From: Antedon mediterranea
Taxonomy: Eukaryota > Animalia > Echinodermata
DNA length: 64,000 nt
Assembly (NCBI RefSeq): GCF_964355755.1
Contig: NC_092678.1
Coordinates: 11,034,352-11,098,351, forward strand
Direction: 5' to 3'
Below are positions 45,901-55,124 of the stretch, piece after piece. Under the pieces are notes generated by a model. The model ran no database searches. It was not told the origin of the DNA and saw only the letters and a list, made by a program, of their open reading frames with translations. Within the stretch, counting starts at the first letter, position 1; every line of letters starts with the position of its first letter. The translations under genes and the position numbers were made by a program.

Positions 45901-47509
45901 GTACCATTGAATGGAACAAAATGATTAATTGCTGGCCATTATATTGAGTTGTACCATTGAATCGAACAAAATGATTGATTACAGGCCATTGTATTGAGTT
46001 GTACCATTGAATGGAACAAAATGATTAATTACTGGCCATTGTATTGAGTTGTACCATTGAATGGAACAAAATGATTAATTACTGGCCATTGTATTGAATT
46101 GTACCATTGAATGGAACAAAATGATTATTTACTGGCCATTGTATTGAGTTGTATCATTGAATGGAACAAAATCATTAATTACTGGCCATTGTATTGAGTT
46201 GTACCATTGAATGGAACAAAATGATTAATTACTAACCATTTTATTGAGTTGTACCATTGAATGGAACAAAATGAATAATTATTGGCCATTGTATTGAGTT
46301 GTACCATTGAATGGAACAAAATGATTAATTACTGGCCATTGTATTGAGTTGTACCATTGAATGGAACAAAATGATTAATTATTGGCCATTGCATTGAGTT
46401 GTACTATTGAATGGAACAAAATTATTTATTACTGGCCATTGTATTGAGTTGTACTATTGAATGGAACAAAATGATTAATTACTGGCCATTGCATTGAGTT
46501 GTACCATTGAAAGAAACAAAATGATTAATTACTGGCCATTGTATTGAGTTGTACCTTTGAATGGAACAAAATGATTAATTACTGGCCATTGTATTGAGTT
46601 GTACCATTGAATGGAACAAAATGATTAATTACTGGCCATTGTATTGAGTTGTACCATTGAATTGAACAAAATGATTAATTACTGGCCATTGTATTTAGTT
46701 GTACCATTGAATGGAACAAAATGATTAATTGCTGGCCATTATATTGAGTTGTACCATTGAATGGAACAAAATGATTGATTACAGGCCATTGTATTGAGTT
46801 GTACCATTGAATGGAACAAAATGATTAATTACTGGCCATTGTATTGAGTTGTACCATTGAATGGAACAAAATGATTAATTACTGGCCATTGTATTGAATT
46901 GTACCATTGAATGGAACAAAATGATTATTTACTGGCCATTGTATTGAGTTGTATCATTGAATGGAACAAAATCATTAATTACTGGCCATTGCATTGAGTT
47001 GTACCACTGAATGGAACAAAATGATTAATTGCTTTTTCAATTTTTTTCATTTATTTGGCATCTGGCCATTGTATTGAGTTGTACCATTGAATGGAACAAA
47101 ATGATTAATTACTGGCCATTGCATTGAGCTGTTCCATTGAATGGAACAAAATGATTAATTACTGGCCATTGCATTGAGTTGTACCATTGAATGGAACAAA
47201 ATGATTAATTTCTGGCCATTGTATTGAGTTGTACCATTGAATGGAACAAAATGATTAATTACTGGCCATTGTATTGAGTTGTACCATTGAATGGAACAAA
47301 ATGATTAATTACTGGCCATTGTATAGAGTTGCACCATTGATTGTAACAAAATGATTAATTACTAACCATTGTATTGAGTTGTACCATTGAATGGAACAAA
47401 ATGATTAATTACTGGCCATTGTATTGAGTTGTACCATTCAATGGAGTAAAATGATTAATTACTTGCAATTGTATTGAGTTGTACCATTGAATGGAACAAA
47501 ATGATTAAT
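36971..47509. repeat. Sat50 tandem satellite array 2
   Basis: Same 50-bp monomer and orientation as array 1. It contains a 4518-bp near-perfect tandem duplication (deletion marker AGTTGGAACA at 37061 and 41579; ORF-track hits at 39749 and 44267). Confidence 0.98.
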
Positions 47510-47868
47510 GTCATACAAAATCAAACAATTAAAGATTTAAGATTTAAGATTTAATTCGTCACTATGACGAATTATAGGTTATATGCATTAATTTAAATAA
47601 AGATAATTGATTGATTTAAGATATATTGATTGATTGATTTTCTCAGAATCTTTAGTTATTTATAATTGATATATGATAGGATCTTGCTAACGCAACTACA
47701 ATAGCCGGTATCATAATCCGATCAAAGATCCTTCTGCGTATATAATGTCATAAACCACATTTGTGTTTTTATCTAGATTTCATTATAAATCATGTGTATA
47801 ATCTATACACTAAGAAATACAATTGAACAAACAATACGGATAATAAAAAAAATCTTATTTCGTTTCGT

Positions 47869-47936
47869 TTCCCAAGGTGAGACTCGAACTCGGTACCTTG
47901 AAGGCTATAGACACGAGCAAAGACCACCGAGTCATA
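47869..47936 (-). other. tRNA-derived (SINE-head-like) A-box/B-box unit, not a functional tRNA
   Basis: Minus strand reads TGACTCGGTGGT (A-box-like, 47923-47934) and GAGTTCGAGTCT (B-box-like, 47880-47891) at tRNA-like spacing, with a T-run downstream (plus-strand A-run ~47845-47852). I could not build a complete cloverleaf. Confidence 0.5.
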
Positions 47937-48016
47937 CACAACTGACTAAAAGTTATGGAAAGATTCCTCCGTGTACTATGCAGTAACCACTTTGGTACAG
48001 ATAGATTATTACATAC

Positions 48017-48759
48017 CTTCAGAATCTTCAGAATGATGACTGGACATCGCTGATTTCAGCACTATAATCCAGTGTGTTTGCAGCTTACGGTACGCCACGT
48101 GTGCTCAGTTTTATTTATTTATCTATAAACTTTTTATGAATTTATCAAGGGCTTGCTCAAATGCGGCTTTTTGAGACAGCGCGGTTTCGGTCGGGAGGCT
48201 GTTCCAGTCATTTAATGTTCGGGGCAGAAAACTGTATTTGTAGCATTGTGTACGACAGAAGATCGGCGTATATTTATGCAAGTTCGTATTGTGTGAACTG
48301 GTTCACACAATAGCCTCTGTATCAGGGGGATTACCACCTATCTGATAGGACAGTGATTAATTCACTATTGGTAATCCTTGGCCACAGTGCCTAAAGACAT
48401 AAAATAAATAAATAAATAAATTAATCTTTTCTTTTTCCTACGTTGTTGAAGAGTTGGCCAGTGTAGTGTGTGTAGCATGGACACTTGATGTTCTTCTGTA
48501 ATCGGATGTTGCAAATCTTGCAGCTCTTCGTTGTACCATTTCAAGCTTGTATATAAGTTGTGATTGATGGGGATCCCATACTGTAGCTGCATATTCAAGT
48601 TTTGGACGAACTAGTGATTGATAGGCAGTTGCCTTAATACGAGAGTCGCATCGAGAGAAGTTTCTCCTTAGGAAGCCTAGAATCGTTTATAACTTGGCTT
48701 ATGTGTGGTTCCCATGATAGATCATTTGTTATTAAGACTCCAGGGTATTTGGATACCGC
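48017..48759 (-). pseudogene. 5'-truncated, frameshifted non-LTR retrotransposon (LINE) ORF2 C-terminus plus 3' UTR, CR1/L2-group-like
   Basis: Manual minus-strand translation across frameshifts gives KYPGVLITNDLSWEPHISQVI / ILGFLRRNFSRCDSRIKATAYQSLVRPKLEYAATVWDPHQSQLIYKLEMVQRRAARF..SDYRRTSSV / MLHTLHWPTLQQRRKK / CYKYSFLPRTLNDWNSLP. These are characteristic post-RT motifs of LINE ORF2. A tandem (ATTCTGAAG)x2 at 48017-48034 is a possible 3' tail. Confidence 0.88.
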
Positions 48760-50040
48760 AATGAATTATAATGTTTTACTATGATGACATCTTTAAAACA
48801 TTTTTTAAATGATGCACTGTCAAACTATATACTTTTAACTTTAATATATGAACTTCTTAAGGAAGAAAGTTAATGTTAAGTTTGTTATTTCGGCCTAAGA
48901 AAATGTTGTAATTTGTTTGATTGTCGAAATTAATTTTTTTTAATTTAAAATGCCATTAATGATGACTTAATCAACCTTTGTCCTCTTAATTTCATAATAA
49001 ATCATACATATGATACAAACACTTCAAGAAAATAGGTGTTCCTGAGCATTCTAACGATATATATTAATTTTAAAATTTAGCATATTTTCACCATTTTGTT
49101 AACTTACACCTGCTCGTATAACGCTGTTTCGAAAAGTGAATAAAATATGATGATATTATTAAAGAAAAGTTATACAACAGTAATCGGACAAAAACAGTGC
49201 ACATCAACGTTTAACGCGCAGTGCGCGTGCAAAAATCTGCGCACTCATGGCAATTTTTTAAACGCTTAAAATTTCCTGAAACGTCGAAAATAAATTCTGA
49301 CAATATTGAACATTTTAAGCGTGCGTACGCATACGTTATATGCACTACGCACGTGATTTTATTGCTATATGATGAAATATGACCTGAAATTTGTGAGTAC
49401 CAAATTTTGTTTAAAAGTGATTCATGCTTGTGAAGATATGATTACAAACGTGATTTCGTTAAATCACGCGTAGACTGCGTAATGTTTGATTGCGCACCAT
49501 GAAAACATAACCACATCGATTCATGGTCATAAGGAATATACTCTGAAAAATTGACTTAGCTAGATGAAACTGATGCCAAGATAATTCACGGACAAAAGAG
49601 TGCTAAGGAAAGAATAAATAAATAAAGATCCTGACAGAATCAAGAGGTTATATGCATGATAATGCATATAACCTAATTACGTCATCATGATTATTTTATT
49701 GTCTTCAGTCCTAATATAATAGTGCATATTATTACTGAATTATTATTACAATATTTTGCCTTAAGTTCAAAGTTAATTGCCTAACCATAATTACTGGAAT
49801 AAACAATTGATGACTTACGATTGGCAACTAGAAGATGAAATAGTAGGAAGCAATGAAGTACGAAACCTACAAAAAATATGATTAACATTAAATGTTTATA
49901 GTAAACACAAGTTTTGAAATAATTTAATAAATTAATCTGTAAAGTTAAATGAGGCACTGTTACAAACGGAAGTTTGGGAGGGCAATGTGGAATTATATTT
50001 CATTATTTACAGGTAACAGTTTCATCAGAACCTTGTCGAA

Positions 50041-50338
50041 CTATTTTAAACATGGTTTAGAGTCATGTCACAAAAACTATTTTAAACATGGTTCACAGTC
50101 ATGTCACAACAATTATTTTAACAAATTGTTCAGAGTCATGTCACAAAAACTATTTTAAACATGGTTCAGAGTCATGTCACAAAACCTATTTTAAACATGG
50201 TTCAGAGTCATGTCACAAAATCTATTTTAAACATGGTTCAGAGTCATGTCATAAAAACTAATTTAAACATGGTTCAGAGTCATGTCACAAAAACTATTTT
50301 AAACATGATTCAGAGTCATGTCACAAAAACTATTTTAA
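50041..50338. repeat. 36-bp minisatellite, ~8 copies (CTATTTTAAACATGGTTCAGAGTCATGTCACAAAAA)
   Basis: Direct 36-bp periodicity. It accounts for the repetitive ILNMVQSHVTKT ORF. Confidence 0.95.
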
Positions 50339-51224
50339 CAAATCAAAATATCAATAACTATAAAAAGAAAATTAATTAATCTTAAAAAAATATCCTCAGC
50401 AATTAATATCTCGCTTAATATAAGGTTTCTGGCAATGATTTTTAGTTTAAAATGTACAGAATGATCTCCTGAATCATGTACAACCCATAAGTCATTTTTG
50501 AAAGAATTGTCCCATACTTCCCTTTGCCATAGGGGGGGCAGTATAATATTGCCATTTATGAACATATATTGTGCTAACATCATCTTATAGAGCCATAGTA
50601 ACTAGTTATGTCCAAAAAAAAGGGTCTAAATTTGGCCATTTTTCGAAAATTTCCCTACGGGGGACGATAAGATTTTTTTTCGAAAAATGGCGAAAATTTA
50701 CAATTTTTTAAATTCGAAAATTATGCTATAATATTGCCATTTATGCAAATATATTGTGCTAACATTATCTTATACAGCCAGAGTAACTAGTTATGTCAAA
50801 AAATAAAAGGGTCGAAATTTTGCTATTTTTCGAAAATTTTCCTGCGGGGGACCATAGGAATTTTTTCGAAAAATGACCAAAAATGTCCACCTTTCAAAAT
50901 TCAATAATTAGACTATAATATTGCCATTTTTATGGACATATGTGGTCTTAACATCATCTTATAGAGCCATAGTAACTAGTTATGTCAAAAAATAAAAGGG
51001 TCGAAATTTTGCTATTTTTCGAAAATTTTCCTGCGGGGGACCATACAAATTTTTTCGAAAAATGACCAAAAATGTCCATCTTTCAAAATTCAATAATTAG
51101 ACTATAATATTGCCATTTATGCACATATGTGGTGTTAACATCATCTTATAGAGCCATAGTAACTAGTTATGTCAAAAACAAAAGGTTTGAAATTTCGCCG
51201 TTTTTGCGAAAAATTTGCAAATAT

Positions 51225-51842
51225 TGTAATATAACGATATACTTTTATATTTAAGAAATTGACCTTTGTATCGGAATTCAAATAGGTTCACAAACTTGAC
51301 CCAGAAAGTCCAGAGGAGAGTTTGTCCAGATGTTTTAATGACCATTTAGTTTATAATAGAGTCCCTAAAGAAAACACTTAGCTTAACTTTGTGACTGTTC
51401 CCATCGTAAATCAATTAGATATTGACAGTTTTAAGCAGAGATTCGACAGGGCCAATTCATCATTGTAACCTCCCCAGATAAGATCAATCATTCCCACTTA
51501 AACACCCCTGGATCAACTTAGGACCAATCAGTAACCTCTAAGATTACGTAGTGACATATGTAAATGAACCGAGGGCCAATATACTCCCAAGTTTCAGAAG
51601 AGCCCAGACACACCTTACAGCCACTTCACGGAACATCTACACCTCACAGCCACTTCTTCAGAAGCAGACCTACACACTTCACACCTCACCGACAGCATCA
51701 ATCATTGACCCTCCGTTCCTTATCTATACTTATAGTTGTATATTGTACTGAAGTATTATACTGAATAAACAATATATGTGTTACGACAGTCAAGCGAGTC
51801 AGAGTCTTCATTAGTACCTCAACAACGCAACATTATATTACA
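51225..51842 (+). mobile_element. Solo LTR (618 bp), probably Ty3/Gypsy-type
   Basis: Ends are TG...CA with a terminal inverted repeat TGTAATATAACG / CATTATATTACA (11 of 12 match). A 4-bp ATAT target-site duplication lies at 51221-51224 and 51843-51846. Removing the element restores Sat185 sequence GCAAATATATTGTGCTAAC. AATAAA occurs at 51764-51769. Confidence 0.88.
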
Positions 51843-52946
51843 ATATATTGTGCTAACATCATCTTATAGAGGCATAGTAACTAGTTATGTAAAAAAATAA
51901 AAGGTTTAAAATTTGGCCATTTTTGCGAAAATTTTCCTGCGGGGGACCATAGGAATTTTTTCGAAAAATGGCGAAAATTCGAAAATTATGCTATAATATT
52001 GCCATTTATGCAAATATATTGTGTTAACATCATCTTATAGAGCCATAGTAACTAGTTATGTCAAAAAATAAAAGGGTCGAAATTTTGCCATTTTTCGAAA
52101 AATTGTCCTGCTGGGGACCACAGGAATTTTTTCAAAAAATGACCAAATTTTCCACCTTTTAAAATTCAATAAATAGACTATAATATTGCCATTTATGCAC
52201 ATATATTGTGTTAACATCATCTTATAGAGCTATAGTAACTAGTTATGTCAAAAAATAAAAGGGTTGAAATTTGGCCATTTTTGCGAAGATTTCCCAGCTG
52301 GGAACCACAGGAATGTTTTAGAAAAATGGCCAAAATTTCCACTTTTTGAAATTCAATAATTATGCTATAATTTTGCCATTTATGCACATATATTGTGCTA
52401 ACATCATCTTATAGAGCCATAGCAAATACTTATGTCAAAAGGGTCGAAAAGGGTCGAAAATGGCAAAAATTTTCAACTTTTTAAAATTAAATAATTATGC
52501 TATAATATTGCCATTTATGGTCATATATTGTGTTAACATCATCTTATAGAGCCATCGTAACTAGTTATGTCAAAAAAAAAGGGTCGAAATTTTGCCAATT
52601 TTCGAAAATTTCCCTCTGTGGGACCATAGGAATTTTTTCGAAAAATGACCAAAATTTCCAATTTTAAAAATTCTATAATGATGCTATAATATTGCCATTT
52701 ATGCACATATATTGTGTTAACATCATCTTATAGAGCCATCGTAACTAGTTATGTCAAAAAATAAAAGGGTCGAAATTTTGCCAATTTTCGAAAATTTCCC
52801 TCTGTGGGACCATAGGATTTTTTTTCGAAAAATGACCAAATTTTCCACCTTTTAAAATTCAATAATTAGACTATTATATTGCCATTTATGCACATACATA
52901 CCTTTTTAATTTTGACTATGGCTCTATAAGATGATGTTAACACTGT

Positions 52947-53655
52947 AGCTATACTTAGCACTTTGGTGTTTTTATGTTTTTTCAAAAAAATCACAAAATG
53001 GTCTAAGACGTCTCCAAATGCGATTTGAAGCTATTCTTAGCACCTTGGTGTTTTTTTGTTAACATGTTTTTTTCGAAAATCACAAAATGGTCTAAAACGT
53101 CTCCAAATGCAATTTGAAGCTATTCTTAGCACTTTGGTGTTTTTATGTTAACAAGTTTTTTCGAAAATCACAAAATGGTCTAAGACGTCTCCAAATGCGA
53201 TTTAAAGCTATTCTGTACACTTTGATGTTTTGTGTGAAAAAGTTTTTTTGAAATGCTCAAAATGGTCTAAAACGTTTTCAAATACCATATTAAGCTATAT
53301 CGTGCACTTTGATGTTTTTGTGTGAAAAGTTTTATCGAAATGCTCAAAATGGTCTAAAACGGTTTCAAATGTGATTTTAAGCACTTTGATGTTTTTGTGT
53401 ACCCAAGTTTCATCGAAATGCAAAAAAATGCTCTCAAGACGTCTCCAAATGCGATTTGAAGATATTCTTAGCTCTTTGGTGTTTTTATGTTAACAACTTT
53501 TTTCGAAAATCACAAAATGGTCTAAAACGTCTCCAAATGCGATTTGAAGCTATTCTGTACACTTTGATGTTTGTGTGAAAAAGTTTTGGCGAAATACTCA
53601 AAATGGTCTAACACGTTTTCAAATACCATATTAAGCTATTTTGTGCACTTTGATG
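52947..53655. repeat. Short, more diverged Sat88 block (~8 monomers) embedded in Sat185
   Basis: Same AAAATGGTCTAAAACG monomers and orientation as 21427-36970, with private variants (GGTCTAAGACG, GCTATTCTTAGCAC). Confidence 0.93.
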
Positions 53656-53866
53656 CTATAATATTGCCATGTCAAAAAATAAAAGGGTCGAAATTTGGCT
53701 ATTTTTCGAAAATTTTCCTGCGGGGACCACAGGAATTTTTTCGCAAAATGACCAAAATTTCCACCTTTTAAAATTCAATAATTAGGCTAAAATTTTGCCA
53801 TTTATGCACATATATATTGTGTTAACATCATCTTATAGAGCCATAGTAACTCGTTATGTCAAAAAA

Positions 53867-54061
53867 CAAGGCCAACAACGATAAGTTGCGTGCTCTCAGA
53901 AATAAATAAATTTTCAAAAAGTAATGTACTTTAAAGCTTTTCTGTACATCAAAACAGTTCAAAAGGTACAGAAAAGCGATAAAACGCAAAGTGATACCGT
54001 CCAACAGACAGACTGACAGCCCGACCGATATAGTGAACTGTAGAGTCGCGTCCACGCGACT
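53867..54061 (-). mobile_element. Short (~195 bp) HINE/DINE-1-like non-autonomous element
   Basis: Terminal palindrome AGTCGCGT-CC-ACGCGACT (54044-54061), an adjacent (GACA/GACC)-type microsatellite (~54005-54027), and a minus-strand end ...GGCCTTG. It is inserted in the A-run of Sat185 GTCAAAAAA|ATAAAAGG, which is a T-run on the element strand. Confidence 0.7.
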
Positions 54062-55124
54062 AATAAAAGGTTTGAAGTTTGGCCGTTTTTGCGAAAATTT
54101 CCCTGCGGGGGACCATAGGAATTCTTTCGAAAAATGGCAAAAATTTCCAATTTTCAAAAATTCTATAATTAGGCTATAATATTGCCATTTATGCGCATAT
54201 ATTGTGTTAACATCATCTTATAGAGCCATAGTAACAAGTTATGTCAAGAAATAAAAGGGTCGAAATTTGGCAATTTTTCGAAAAATTTCCCTGTGGGGGA
54301 CCATAGGATTTTTTTTTCGAAAAATGGTCAAAATTTCCATTGTTTAAAATTAAAAAACTATGCTATAATATTGCCATTTATGCAAATATATTGTGCTAAC
54401 ATCATCTTATAGAGCCATAGTAATTAGTTATGTCAAAAAATAAAAGGATCAAAATTTGGCCATTTTTCGAAAATTTCCCTGCTGGGGACCATAGGAATTT
54501 TTTCGTAAAATGACAAAAATTTCCACTTTTTAAAATTCAATAATTATGCTATAATATTGGCATTTATGCAAATATATTGTGTTAACATCATCTTATAGAG
54601 ACATAGCAGCTAGTTATGTCAAAAAAATAAAAGGGTCGAAAAATGGCCAAAATTACCACTTTTTAAAATTCAATAATTGTGCTATAATATTGCCATTTTT
54701 GCAAATATATTGTGCTAACATCATCTTATAGAGCCATAGTAACTAGTTATGTAAAAAAATAAAAGGGTTAAAATTTGGCCATTTTTGCGAAAATTTTCCT
54801 GGGGAGACTATAGGAATTTTTTCGAAAAATGACTAAAATTTCCACTTTTTAAAATTCAAAAATTATGCTATAATATTGCCATTTATGCACATATATTGTG
54901 CTGACATCATCTTATAGAGCAATAGCAACTACTTATGTCAAAATATAAAAGGTTCAATAATGGCAAAAATTATCCTCTTTTTAAAATTAAATAATTATGC
55001 TATAATTTTGCCATGTATGGACATATATTGTGTTAACATCATCTTATAGAGCCATCGTAACTAGTTATGTCAAAAACTAAAAGGGTCGAAATGTTGCCAA
55101 TTTTCAAAAATTTCCCTCTGTGGG

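Larger units (their letters stand above)
47552..49676 (-). mobile_element. Helentron/DINE-1-type non-autonomous rolling-circle element (HINE-like), ~2.1 kb, with nested cargo
   Basis: Perfect 16-bp subterminal inverted repeats: TAGGTTATATGCATTA (47575-47590) and TAATGCATATAACCTA (49660-49675). The right copy forms a 13-bp hairpin with AGGTTATATGCAT (49645-49674) next to an (AATA)n microsatellite (~49613-49626). The left copy is flanked by a 10-bp stem-loop TAATTCGTCA-CTA-TGACGAATTA (47552-47574). This matches the known HINE layout read on the minus strand. Confidence 0.75.
50542..55124. repeat. ~185-bp tandem satellite (Sat185) with an internal inverted repeat, interrupted by three insertions
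   Basis: The unit TATAATATTGCCATTTATGCACATATATTGTGTTAACATCATCTTATAGAGCCATAGTAACTAGTTATGTC... starts at 50542, 50727, 50914, 51103 and so on. Internal arms are GCCATTTTTCGAAAA and TTTTCGAAAAATGGC (50635-50649 and 50677-50691). Confidence 0.93.

Noticed and set aside
1-47509. CRISPR-like appearance of the short regular repeats
   Set aside because: There are no unique spacers. The whole 50-bp or 88-bp unit repeats, and there are no cas genes or leader.
48365-48598. 77-aa ORF as an intact gene
   Set aside because: It is mostly an alternative frame of the frameshifted LINE ORF2 remnant.
49949-50583. Repeat-protein-like ORFs (ILNMVQSHVTKT)n
   Set aside because: They are a by-product of a 36-bp (multiple of 3) minisatellite. 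One unit shifts frame and there is no gene context.
51551-54179. ORFs within the solo LTR and around the mini-element
   Set aside because: Short overlapping frames with no recognisable gag, pol or other motifs, some crossing element boundaries.
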